Shown here in pieces: positions 1 through 9,781 of a DNA stretch of 64,000 bases. The notes below the pieces were generated by a model. The model had not been told where the DNA came from. It did no database searches and saw only the letters and a list, made by a program, of their open reading frames with translations. This stretch comes from Candidatus Caldarchaeum sp. Its GTDB lineage: Archaea; Thermoproteota; Nitrososphaeria_A; Caldarchaeales; Caldarchaeaceae. The translations under genes and the position numbers were made by a program. The first letter of the stretch is position 1. Each line of letters begins with the position of its first letter. The DNA is taken from the NCBI GenBank assembly GCA_038885755.1, contig JAVZZH010000004.1, positions 1-64,000 on the forward strand, in the 5' to 3' direction.

Positions 1-370
<370 letters not shown>

Positions 371-456
371 AAGGAAAGCCGTCTAGGCGAAAACGCATCC
401 TGCCCTGCTGGACGCGCGGTCAAGACATTTTTATGACTGGTTGTTGCTAGTTAGGG

Positions 457-1779
457 GTGTTTCTGGTCAGGGGCAGGTTTGTGGTTTCGATGGATGGTTC
501 GTTGAGGGTTTTGAAGCATGGAGGCTTGGTGGTCGACGACGGCGTTATCGTGGACGTAGGGCCGGTCGACGTGTTGAGAAACAATTACAGGGGTGTTGAC
601 GTGGTTGGTGATGAGTGGAAGGTTGTCGCTCCCGGCTTTATCAACTGCCACTATCATTCGAGGGAGCAGCTGGCTCAGACGCTCTTTCCAGACGGGCTGG
701 GCGAAGTAGAATGGTTCAGGAGGTTCTGCCTGCCGTACCATCAAACCCTCAGCCCGGATGATGAGAAGCTGGCTTTCACCCTAGCCCTCGCAAGCATGGC
801 TCTCAACGGGGTGACGGCGTTCGCCGACGGCGGCCTAATCTACCCCTCGACGACGCTCGAAGCCCTTCAGACAATACCTCTTAGATGCTTCGCCTCAACA
901 TGGTGCTGGGACCTTCCCGAGACAATTCCGAGGACAGCTGAACAGGCTCTGGCCGAGTTGAAGAACCTTTACCAGTCGTTCATGGGACGGATGAACGGCC
1001 TGCTCCGGGTGTGCGCGGCACCCATAAGCGTTGAAACGTGCAGCCCGCAGCTGCTGGAGGAGGTTTTTCACTGGGCTCGTGAGAAGAAGCTGAAAACATA
1101 CATCCACGTGGCTTCGTTCCGGGAGGAAAGGTCCGGCGGACCTACGGCGGTCGAGTATCTGTACAGCAAAAGCCTACTCGGCCGGGACACCAACCTACTT
1201 CACGCCATACACTTGACAGACAGGGACGTTAGGCTCGTCGCTGAAGCCGGGGCTGCGGCCGTCTGCTGCCCCATGTCCTCGCTGACCAAGGGCAAGGGGT
1301 TGACGGTCCGCGGGAAGTATCCCGAGATGCTCAAGCTCGGCGTGAGGGTGGGGCTGGGCGCGGACGGAGCTCCTTCGACCCATCACACAGACGTTCTGAG
1401 GCTGGCTTCGCTGTTCGCCGGCTTGTTCAGAGACTCGAGGATGGATGCTGGAGTAATTCCAGCGGTCGAGGCCTTGAAAGCAGCCACTTCGACAGCGGCC
1501 ACGGTCCTAGGGCTGGAGGGCGAGGTTGGGTCGCTGGAGGTTGGAAAAAGGGCCGACATAGTTCTGCTGGACGTGCGGAGGCCGGCTTTCACCCCGTCTA
1601 CGGACATCATGAGGTCTCTTGTGTTCTCGGCGACTGGAGACGCTGTTGACACCGTCATCGTCGACGGCCGCTTGGTTGTCTCAGGCGGCAGGGTGCTTGG
1701 GCTCGACTACGAGAGGCTCTACAGGGCCGTCGAGAAAACCGTCGAAAGAATCGGGTCTGAGTTTCAGAGACCTATGTAG
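457..1779 (+). CDS. Amidohydrolase family protein (MTA/SAH deaminase, TRZ/ATZ-like)
   Basis: PGFINCHYH metal motif, HAIHL, GLGADG, GSLEVGKRADIV. Confidence 0.88.
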   Translation: MFLVRGRFVVSMDGSLRVLKHGGLVVDDGVIVDVGPVDVLRNNYRGVDVVGDEWKVVAPGFINCHYHSREQLAQTLFPDGLGEVEWFRRFCLPYHQTLSPDDEKLAFTLALASMALNGVTAFADGGLIYPSTTLEALQTIPLRCFASTWCWDLPETIPRTAEQALAELKNLYQSFMGRMNGLLRVCAAPISVETCSPQLLEEVFHWAREKKLKTYIHVASFREERSGGPTAVEYLYSKSLLGRDTNLLHAIHLTDRDVRLVAEAGAAAVCCPMSSLTKGKGLTVRGKYPEMLKLGVRVGLGADGAPSTHHTDVLRLASLFAGLFRDSRMDAGVIPAVEALKAATSTAATVLGLEGEVGSLEVGKRADIVLLDVRRPAFTPSTDIMRSLVFSATGDAVDTVIVDGRLVVSGGRVLGLDYERLYRAVEKTVERIGSEFQRPM

Positions 1780-2480
1780 CTTCTGCGCACAACCGGCGAG
1801 TTGAGCAGCTCGACACCTGTCCCGGTCAGACTTATCTGTCCTTGCTCGAGGACGTAAGCTCGGTCGGCGTACTGCAGCGCGAGAGAGGCATCCTGCTCGA
1901 CGACAAGTATCGAGATGCCCTGCCTGTCCCTGATCTCCCTCACCTTGTCGAAAACGATCTTCCTAGCCAGGGGAGCGAGCCCGACGCTGGGCTCGTCCAG
2001 CAACAACACACGAGGCCTAGCCATCAAAGCCCTGGCGATGGCGACCATCTGCTGCTCGCCTCCGCTGAGCGTGCCCGCGAGCTGTTTTTTCCTCTGCTCG
2101 ATTATTGGGAAGAGCTCCGACACCATCTTGTAGTCTTGTTTTATTCCGTCGCGGTCCTTCCTCCTGAATGCTCCAGCCATGACGTTCTCGTAGACAGACA
2201 TGTCGGGGAAAAGGCGGCGTCTCTCCGGCGACAGGACAAGCCCTCTAACAACCCTCTCGTATCCCGGTACATTGGTCAAGTCCTCTCCCATGAGTATTAT
2301 CCTGCCCTTCATGGTGTTGAGGATGCCCGCGATAGCGAGCATCAGAGTCGTTTTACCTGCGCCGTTAGGCCCTATGACCGCAACTATCTCGTTGCCGTCG
2401 ACGTGGAGGGTCAAGTCCCTTACGACCGGGACCGAGCCGTACCCCGCCGTCAACCCCTCGACTCTGAGAACCTCACGCAC
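1764..2480 (-). CDS. livF: Branched-chain amino acid-type ABC transporter ATP-binding protein
   Basis: GPNGAGKTT, LSGGEQQM, LLLDEPS. Confidence 0.92.
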   Translation of the reverse strand: MREVLRVEGLTAGYGSVPVVRDLTLHVDGNEIVAVIGPNGAGKTTLMLAIAGILNTMKGRIILMGEDLTNVPGYERVVRGLVLSPERRRLFPDMSVYENVMAGAFRRKDRDGIKQDYKMVSELFPIIEQRKKQLAGTLSGGEQQMVAIARALMARPRVLLLDEPSVGLAPLARKIVFDKVREIRDRQGISILVVEQDASLALQYADRAYVLEQGQISLTGTGVELLNSPVVRRSYIGL

Positions 2481-3198
2481 CTTCCAACACCTTTGAACTG
2501 CCGAGGTAAGCCTTCACAACCTCCTCGCTCTTCGGCACGTCCGCTGGAGCACCCTCGAAAATCACCTTGCCCTGGTCCATGACTATGACTCGTTCAACGA
2601 TCTTCATCAACTCACGCAACCTGTGCTCGATGATGACCAAAGAACCACGACGGTCGATGAATTCTCTCAAGACAGTCGAAACCTGCTCAATCTCGTTGAC
2701 GGTCAAGCCTCCGAAAGGCTCGTCGAGAAGCAGAATCTCAGGGCTTGCCGCCAAACCCCTAGCCACCTCAAGCTTCTTCAGCTCGCCGTGTGTCAGGACG
2801 CTGGTCGGCTGGTCTCTCTTCTCATGCAGCCCGAGAGTCTTAAGCATGTTTTCTATCATACCGTGGTCTGGTTTTGTTCTCCGGACGGTAGTCGGAGCCA
2901 TGACGTTCTGGTACACCGTGAGAGACTTGAAAGGCCTAACTATTTGAAAGGTTCTCACGAGCCCCTTCCTGCTCAGATGGTATGGCTTCATGCCCGTGAC
3001 ATCCTCGCCGTTTAAGTAGATGCGGCCGCTGTCGGGTTTCTCCATCCCGGATATCAGTGAGAACAAGGTTGTTTTCCCCGCACCGTTCGGCCCTATAATC
3101 CCGACAATTTCGCCTCTCTCAACACTCATGGAGACGTTGTTCACGGCTACGATTCCTCCGAACCTTTTGGTCAGGTTCTCAGCTCTAAGTATGGGCAT
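2473..3198 (-). CDS. livG: Branched-chain amino acid-type ABC transporter ATP-binding protein
   Basis: GPNGAGKTT, RTFQ, LLDEP, C-terminal VKAYLG. Start set at the ATG of MPILRAE. Confidence 0.92.
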   Translation of the reverse strand: MPILRAENLTKRFGGIVAVNNVSMSVERGEIVGIIGPNGAGKTTLFSLISGMEKPDSGRIYLNGEDVTGMKPYHLSRKGLVRTFQIVRPFKSLTVYQNVMAPTTVRRTKPDHGMIENMLKTLGLHEKRDQPTSVLTHGELKKLEVARGLAASPEILLLDEPFGGLTVNEIEQVSTVLREFIDRRGSLVIIEHRLRELMKIVERVIVMDQGKVIFEGAPADVPKSEEVVKAYLGSSKVLEGA

Positions 3199-4114
3199 AC
3201 AGCCTCCTCCGGAGATATCCAACGATCCCGCTCGGGAAAAGCATGAAGATCGCTAGGGCTAGGGCGGAGTATATCAGGAGACGTGAGCGGATAAGTATCT
3301 CGATCTTCAGCGTCTCGGTTATTGTTTGCACGATGTAGGCTCCTACGACGGGCCCTAGGACGGTTGCTTTCCCGCCTAAGAGCGTCATCAACAGAGGTAG
3401 GCTCGCCTTCTCCAGCTCGTAAGTTGCGGGGCTTATCACTCCGTTCAGGAAGGCGTAGAACCCTCCCGCAAGACCCGCCAGAAATATGCTTATCGCCAGA
3501 CAGTAGAGCTTGTACCTCGGGACGTCTATTCCGGCAGCCATCGAAGCAGCCTCGTCGTCCTTGATGCATGAAAAAATAACACCCAGCCGGCTTCTGACAA
3601 CAGCGTACGTGGTCAGCACTCCGAGAAGAGTAAGCAGCAGGCTTGCCAAGTAGACAAGGTTTGCGTCTGTCGACATCGGCGGGATTCCGAATATGCCGTC
3701 GTGTCCTCCGAGCTGGGGTATGGCGTTGGTCACCTGATAAGCGATGATTGGGATCACAAGCGTCACGAGTGCGAAGAAATGACCTCTAAGCTTGAGGCTC
3801 GGAAGACCTATCAAGCACCCCAACCCGGTGACGAGTAGCGCACCCGCCAGCATAGCTAGGGGAGGGGGAAGACCCGTGTTGAGAGTGATGATGGCCGCGG
3901 CGTAGCCGCCGCCGGCGAAGAAGAACGAGTGGCCGAGGCTGAGAAGACCCATGTATCCTGAGAGAAGGTTCCAGCTGATGGCCAGCATGGCGAAGATGTT
4001 CGTCAAAGTGAGTATGAAGATGACGAACCGAAGGTTGAACGCTGTAGGAATAACGGCAAGAGCTATGAAAACACCTGTCAGCGTCGCTATGGTCAAGAGG
4101 TCTTTCCTATTCAA
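3185..4114 (-). CDS. livM: Branched-chain amino acid-type ABC transporter permease
   Basis: Hydrophobic, with GYMGLLSLGH and LKLRGHFFALVT motifs. Confidence 0.9.
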   Translation of the reverse strand: MNRKDLLTIATLTGVFIALAVIPTAFNLRFVIFILTLTNIFAMLAISWNLLSGYMGLLSLGHSFFFAGGGYAAAIITLNTGLPPPLAMLAGALLVTGLGCLIGLPSLKLRGHFFALVTLVIPIIAYQVTNAIPQLGGHDGIFGIPPMSTDANLVYLASLLLTLLGVLTTYAVVRSRLGVIFSCIKDDEAASMAAGIDVPRYKLYCLAISIFLAGLAGGFYAFLNGVISPATYELEKASLPLLMTLLGGKATVLGPVVGAYIVQTITETLKIEILIRSRLLIYSALALAIFMLFPSGIVGYLRRRLYAHT

Positions 4115-4980
4115 TGTTCAACACTCCGGCCGAATATTCCACGTGGTCTGAGCCAGAGAGTTATGAGCACCGCAGCCAGGGATGCTGCTCCCGCGTAAAG
4201 CGGGCTGACGAGGTTCTGGACCGCTATCTCAACATAGCCTATCACGAAGGCTGCTATCAGCGTTCCTCGATAGTCTCCCAGACCGCCCAGCACAACTATT
4301 GCGAAAGCGAGAGTGAGCATGGGCCATCCCATCACAGGCGTTATCGTGCTTTGGGGTGTCACGAGGAGGCTCGCCAGCCCTGCCAGGGCTGTCGACAGGC
4401 CTAGGACGATGGCCATGGTGTTCTGAGGCTTTATCCCTACGCAGACAGCGGCTTCAAGGTCTTGAGCGACGCATCGAATAGCCAGCCCCATCTTCGAACG
4501 GTAGATGAGCATCCATAAACCCACCAGCAGCAACGAGGCGGCAACGGCTGCTGAAAGCTGCTGGTTGAAAACCGACACTCCGAAAACCATGGTGGACCCG
4601 GGAAAAACAGCCGGAGTCGACCATGGGAAGTTGGTGAAAAACAATACAATAAGGTTCTGTATCACGAGCGCTAAAAGGAAGGTGGTCATGATCATCTCGA
4701 TGTGCTCCTTTATTCTTCTGAGAACGCTCCAGTAATACACGAATCCTGCGGCGAAAAGAGCTCCCACCGTAGCCACCACGGTAATCAAGACGGGCACGCC
4801 GTAGAAAGACACTAAAGCGTAAGCCATGTAGGCTGCGGCTGCGTACCAGAGTCCGTAGGCGGCGTCTATCATGCGGGCGACTCCAAAAATAAGGGAGAAG
4901 CCCTCTGCGTAGAGGGCGTACACGAGGCTCGTTATGAAGCCGTAGACGACGATCGTCGCAAGTGTTTCGACAGAGAACAT
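4111..4980 (-). CDS. livH: Branched-chain amino acid-type ABC transporter permease
   Basis: GFSLIFGV, GLAIRCVAQD, VVLGGLG, RPRGIFG. Confidence 0.9.
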   Translation of the reverse strand: MFSVETLATIVVYGFITSLVYALYAEGFSLIFGVARMIDAAYGLWYAAAAYMAYALVSFYGVPVLITVVATVGALFAAGFVYYWSVLRRIKEHIEMIMTTFLLALVIQNLIVLFFTNFPWSTPAVFPGSTMVFGVSVFNQQLSAAVAASLLLVGLWMLIYRSKMGLAIRCVAQDLEAAVCVGIKPQNTMAIVLGLSTALAGLASLLVTPQSTITPVMGWPMLTLAFAIVVLGGLGDYRGTLIAAFVIGYVEIAVQNLVSPLYAGAASLAAVLITLWLRPRGIFGRSVEH

Positions 4981-4981
4981 C

Positions 4982-6310
4982 TTACGGAAGTATCATGTTG
5001 CGTACTTCCTGAGGCTGGTCGGGGCTCCAGACGGGGACTAGCTCACCGTTCTGCCACTGTCCAAAGTACCAGTAAAGGTTATGGTTGGCAAGGTTCAGCC
5101 CGTGAAGGTTTCGGGAGAACTGTATCCTGCCTATCACGCCTTCGTAGTCGGTCTGCTCGAGCGCTGGAACAAGCCTGTCAGCCTTCCAAGTGTTTGCCCT
5201 CTCAAGAGCAGCCTTGAGAACGTAGATGGCGTCGTAGGTGTCGAAAGCCGCTGTGTTGGGCGTCTCCCTGTACCGCTGAGCGAACTTCTCGATGAACGGA
5301 ATAGTCTTAGGAGTTACGGGAACCTTCACAGTCGCAGGCCACCAGACGGTACCCTGCGCGGCTCCGCCGGTCTGGTCCCAGAACCAAGAGAAGCCTCCAA
5401 GCAACCCAGGGCCGAAGACGATGGGCTTCTTGCCGGGGGACCAGTCGTAGGCAGCCCACTGCTTCACGAAGGCTACTCCGGGCGGGCCTGAGAAAAGCAG
5501 AATGACCAGCCCGGCTCCGGACTGCTTGATCCGCGCGAGGTAGCTCGAGAAGTCTGACTGAGTCGTCGGGTACAGCTCTGCGAAGACAAGGTCAAAACCC
5601 TGCTGCTTCAGCCTTGCGAAGAACGTCGAGTTCCCGGCAGGCCTGCCGGCTAGACCGACGGTCCACAGAGCGTTCTCAGCCACCAGAGCTACCTTGGTTA
5701 CGTCGGGGAAGTCGGGGTTCTTCTGCGCGGCGTTCCTCAAGGCTATCGGGATAGTGGCTATGTATGGTCCGGCGCTGGAGTTACGTCCTCCTGCGAAGAA
5801 GTGGAAGTAGTACTTGTAGTCATCGTAGTTGCTCTGGACAAGGTCCTCGACTATTCGCTGGTTTGATTCGACGTCTAGGAACACTATTTTATACTGGGAC
5901 AGGAGCTGAGACTGGGCTACGACCACGTCGGTCCTTACGCCGCCGACGATTACGTGGGCGCCGTGAAGCTCTATTAGTCGTTTAAAGGCCGTCACTCCTT
6001 GGTCCACGGGTATGAGTGGGTCCATCTCGTTTGTGTCTTCAGAGACGAGGACCAGCTCGTACTTCGTGCCGTTCAGAACCACTCCGCCTGCAGAGTTTAT
6101 CTCCTCAACAGCCATTTCAGCCGCATACTTGGCGTGGATGCCGACAGGGTTCGTCAGAGGCAGCGACAGACCAATCACGACCTGCCTCTTTTCCTGAACC
6201 GGTGTCAAGACGCCGGTGAGGAAAAGACCGCCCACCGCAGCAGCTGCGAGGACAACCACAACCACCGCCACCACAGCGACACGGCTTGCCGCCAAATCCT
6301 TTCTCTTCAC
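4982..6310 (-). CDS. ABC transporter substrate-binding protein (LivK/LivJ family), membrane anchored
   Basis: N-terminal TM segment, AVEEINSAGGV, YDAIYVL, first gene of the liv operon. Confidence 0.88.
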   Translation of the reverse strand: MKRKDLAASRVAVVAVVVVVLAAAAVGGLFLTGVLTPVQEKRQVVIGLSLPLTNPVGIHAKYAAEMAVEEINSAGGVVLNGTKYELVLVSEDTNEMDPLIPVDQGVTAFKRLIELHGAHVIVGGVRTDVVVAQSQLLSQYKIVFLDVESNQRIVEDLVQSNYDDYKYYFHFFAGGRNSSAGPYIATIPIALRNAAQKNPDFPDVTKVALVAENALWTVGLAGRPAGNSTFFARLKQQGFDLVFAELYPTTQSDFSSYLARIKQSGAGLVILLFSGPPGVAFVKQWAAYDWSPGKKPIVFGPGLLGGFSWFWDQTGGAAQGTVWWPATVKVPVTPKTIPFIEKFAQRYRETPNTAAFDTYDAIYVLKAALERANTWKADRLVPALEQTDYEGVIGRIQFSRNLHGLNLANHNLYWYFGQWQNGELVPVWSPDQPQEVRNMILP

Positions 6311-6361
6311 GAGGGGAATTGGACGCGCGCAGATATATATATCTTATTAGAGGACATGTAG

Positions 6362-7078
6362 GTGGGGCGGTTGTCGTTGATTGTTGTAGACAGCAACGAG
6401 GCTGTTGAGAACTATAAGCTTGTGCAGTCTCTCGGAAAAGTGGTTGAGACCGCTGTCAAGCCTCTTCCCGCCGGCGACTACTTGATAATAGGCCGTGAGA
6501 CGAACGCCTTGGTTGAGAGGAAGACTATCATGGATTTCCTGAACAGCTTGAAGGGTAGGCTCTGGGACCAGCTTGCTCTCATCAAGGAGTTCGAGGGGGA
6601 GAAGGTGATTATACTCGAAGGATATCTCGGGCTTTACAGGAAGAGGGGGTGGAGGGAGGTGTCTGTGCTGGCTTTGATGGACAGGATTGTGAACGATTGG
6701 GAAGTTCCCATCATCCCAACGCCCGACGTTCATGGCACGCTAACCTACCTCGTATGGAAGAACAAATCACTCGGAGAGGTCGATGAATTCCGAGAGTATC
6801 CGCTGAGGATCAAGAGGAAGGATATGTCGCCGGAAGACCAGGCTCTGTTCGTGTTGGAGGGGTTGTGCGGTCATGAAACAGCCAAGTCCCTGCTGAAACA
6901 CTTCAAGACGCTCCGAAACGTCTTCACATCCCTAGACCCTAACAACGTTGAGGCCTTGGAGATGCTCAAGAAGGTCAAGGTAGGTGGAAGGAGAATACCC
7001 GAGAACACTTTGAAAAAAATGCTCTACGTAGCAAACTTAGAGTATGTGGACAAAAATGATAAAGGTGGAGGCGGCTAA
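6362..7078 (+). CDS. xpf: ERCC4-domain structure-specific nuclease (short XPF type)
   Basis: VDSNE, GDY and VERKT nuclease motifs plus a C-terminal HhH-like region. Confidence 0.85.
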   Translation: MGRLSLIVVDSNEAVENYKLVQSLGKVVETAVKPLPAGDYLIIGRETNALVERKTIMDFLNSLKGRLWDQLALIKEFEGEKVIILEGYLGLYRKRGWREVSVLALMDRIVNDWEVPIIPTPDVHGTLTYLVWKNKSLGEVDEFREYPLRIKRKDMSPEDQALFVLEGLCGHETAKSLLKHFKTLRNVFTSLDPNNVEALEMLKKVKVGGRRIPENTLKKMLYVANLEYVDKNDKGGGG

Positions 7079-8475
7079 GCGCCTAGAAACTGCTTCTCCA
7101 CCTCAGGCAGCCAGCTCAGCTCCTGCTTCAGCTTCTCGATGGACTTCTTGACCTCGCTCTCGGGATAGTACCAAGGCGGCAGCTTGCCTTCGAAGAACTC
7201 CTCGTAGGCGTGCAGGTCGAAGGCGCCGTGTCCGCATAGGTTGAACAGGATCACTTTCTCCTCACCGGTCTGCTTGCATTTCAAAGCCTCGTTGATGACA
7301 AACCGTATAGTGTGAGACGGCTCGGGTCCTGGAAGGAAGCCTTCCGCTCTGGCAAACGTGGTGGCGGCCTCGAAGACGGAGACTTGGTCGTATGCGTAGG
7401 GCTCTATCCATCCCTCGTGGAGGAGCAGGCAGAGTGTTGGAGCGTCTCCGTGATACCTCAGCCCTCCCGCATGGATTGGAGGCGGGATGAAGTCCGACCC
7501 CAGCGTGTACATCGGCAGTAGAGGCGTCATTTTGGCTGTGTCTCCGAAGTCGTAGGTGTATATGCCCTTCGTCATCGTTGGACAAGCGGTCGGCTCGGTG
7601 GCCACGAACCTAACCTTCTTCGGAGCTTTCTTCGATACAACCTCGTAGTAGAAGGGCCAGAAAAGCCCTGAGAAGCTGCTTCCACCCCCGACGCATCCAG
7701 CGACTATGTCGGGATAGTCGTCAACCTGCTTCAGCTGCTCCAACGCTTCAAGCCCCTGAACGGTCTGGTGCATGAGCACGTGGTTGAGAACGCTGCCCAA
7801 GCTGTACTTGGTGTTGTCGTGGGTTACACAGTCCTCCAGCGCCTCGCTGATTGCGATGCCCAAGCTTCCCGGATGGTTCGGGTCCTTGCTGAGAAGAGAC
7901 TTTCCGAAGTTCGTCTTGTCGCTTGGGCTTGGATAGACTTCAGCCCCCCATGAATGCATAAGCATCCTTCGTGCGGGTTTCTGCTGGTAGCTCGCACGCA
8001 CCATGTAGACGGTGCACTTCATCCCGAACATGTTTGTTGCGAAAGACAGGGCGCTGCCCCACTGCCCTGCGCCGGTCTCTGTCGTAAGCCTCTCAACCCC
8101 CTCCTTCATGTTGTAGTAGGCCTGGGCCACGGCCGTGTTCGGCTTGTGCGAGCCCGGCGGCGAAACTCCCTCGTGCTTGTAGTATATTCGGGCCGGTGTT
8201 TTCAGAGCCTTCTCCAGCCCGTAGGCTCGGTACAGGGGAGTCGGCCTCCACAGCCTTAGAATTTCTCTGACCTCCTCCGGTATCGGTATCCAACGCTCCG
8301 GGCTCAGCTCCTGCTTTATCAACTCCTTTGGAAATATTCTCTCGAGCTTCTTCGGGTCGACTGGAGCCTTTGTGGACGGGTCTATCGGCGGCGGCAGAGG
8401 CTTCGGCAGGTCAGGCAGGATGTTGTACCAGTTTTTGGGAAAACTGTTTTCATCTAGGAGAATTTTTCGCTGCAC
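7075..8475 (-). CDS. trpB2: Tryptophan synthase beta chain type 2 (TrpB2)
   Basis: [11 protein letters not shown] lysine, [20 protein letters not shown]. Confidence 0.95.
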   Translation of the reverse strand: MQRKILLDENSFPKNWYNILPDLPKPLPPPIDPSTKAPVDPKKLERIFPKELIKQELSPERWIPIPEEVREILRLWRPTPLYRAYGLEKALKTPARIYYKHEGVSPPGSHKPNTAVAQAYYNMKEGVERLTTETGAGQWGSALSFATNMFGMKCTVYMVRASYQQKPARRMLMHSWGAEVYPSPSDKTNFGKSLLSKDPNHPGSLGIAISEALEDCVTHDNTKYSLGSVLNHVLMHQTVQGLEALEQLKQVDDYPDIVAGCVGGGSSFSGLFWPFYYEVVSKKAPKKVRFVATEPTACPTMTKGIYTYDFGDTAKMTPLLPMYTLGSDFIPPPIHAGGLRYHGDAPTLCLLLHEGWIEPYAYDQVSVFEAATTFARAEGFLPGPEPSHTIRFVINEALKCKQTGEEKVILFNLCGHGAFDLHAYEEFFEGKLPPWYYPESEVKKSIEKLKQELSWLPEVEKQFLGA

Positions 8476-8567
8476 AGCCCTGTATAGCGTATAAGATTAA
8501 TATAAACTTTTTAAGGCATCGTCCTGCATGAGATAAACTAATTTTGAGAGGTTCAGTATTGGTTTGC

Positions 8568-9737
8568 ATGGATTTTGACGAGAGCGAGGATTTGCAGATG
8601 CTCAGGAAGTCCGTTGCAGACTTCATGAGGAGGTTTCCGCCCGAGTACTGGCGGAGGGTGGATGCCGAGAGGATCTTTCCTCAAGAATACTGGGACGCAG
8701 CTGCCGCGCAGGGCCTTCTGGGGATAAACATCCCTGAAGAGTATGGCGGAATGGGTATGGGGCTTTACGAGGCTTCGACTGCGATGATGAGCGTTGCGGC
8801 TGAGGGCGGCGGTCTTCCCGCAGGAGACCTTCTGATGCGTACGCTCGTTTTCGGAGGTGTGATGATCGACCGATTCGGCAGGCCCGAGGTGAAGCAGAAG
8901 TATCTACCTCTTCTCGCGAGCGGTAAGCTGATATGCTCGTTCGCCCACACCGAGCCAAACGCGGGAGTTAACACCTTCGACATCCAAACGACGGCGGAGA
9001 GGGTTGAAGGAGGCTTCAGGCTGAACGGGCAGAAGATATGGATAACTTTAGCACACATGGCCGACATCATGGTCGTCGTGGCCCGCACAACACCCAAAGA
9101 AAAGGCTGGTAGAAAATCTGAAGGCCTCAGCATACTTCTGCTCGACGCCAAACAGCCCGGCGTTAAGACTTCGAAGATACCCGGCATGGCTTTAAGGCCC
9201 CTGACGAGCAACTTGGTGTATTTCGAGGATGCTTGGGTTCCAGAGTCTAACGTTCTCGGCGAGGTTGACAAGGGCTGGGAAGTGCTCACAGCTCTTCTTG
9301 CCGCGGAGAGGATATCAACGGCGTCGATATCGATTGGCTGCGGGGAATACGTGCTCAAAAGAGCCGTCGACTATGCGGTCAACAGGAATGTTTTCGGCAG
9401 GCCGATAGGAAGCAACCAAGCCATCCAGTTTCCTCTCGCAGAGGCGAAGGCCGAGCTTGAGGTCTCTAGGCTTATGACTCAGAAGGCGGCTTGGTTGTTC
9501 GACAAGGGGCGGGACTGCGTCTTCGAATCCAACGTTGCTGCTTTCGCAGCAGCGAGGGCGGCTTTCAAGGCGGCCGACAGAGCTGTCCAGACGTTCGGCG
9601 GCATGGGGTTCGCTCAAGAATACGACATCGAGAGGTTTTTCAGAGACATTAGGCTTTTCAGGACGGCGCCCGTGCCCGAGGAGATGGTGCTGAACTATAT
9701 AGGAACGAGGATCCTCAACATGCCGAGAACCTTCTAA
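8568..9737 (+). CDS. Acyl-CoA dehydrogenase family protein
   Basis: IPEEYGG, TEPNAG, LNGQKIWIT, FGRPIG, QTFGGMGF. Confidence 0.93.
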   Translation: MDFDESEDLQMLRKSVADFMRRFPPEYWRRVDAERIFPQEYWDAAAAQGLLGINIPEEYGGMGMGLYEASTAMMSVAAEGGGLPAGDLLMRTLVFGGVMIDRFGRPEVKQKYLPLLASGKLICSFAHTEPNAGVNTFDIQTTAERVEGGFRLNGQKIWITLAHMADIMVVVARTTPKEKAGRKSEGLSILLLDAKQPGVKTSKIPGMALRPLTSNLVYFEDAWVPESNVLGEVDKGWEVLTALLAAERISTASISIGCGEYVLKRAVDYAVNRNVFGRPIGSNQAIQFPLAEAKAELEVSRLMTQKAAWLFDKGRDCVFESNVAAFAAARAAFKAADRAVQTFGGMGFAQEYDIERFFRDIRLFRTAPVPEEMVLNYIGTRILNMPRTF

Positions 9738-9781
9738 ATCGAGTTCCAATCTTTATTAGTTCATCGAGCAACCAACAATAC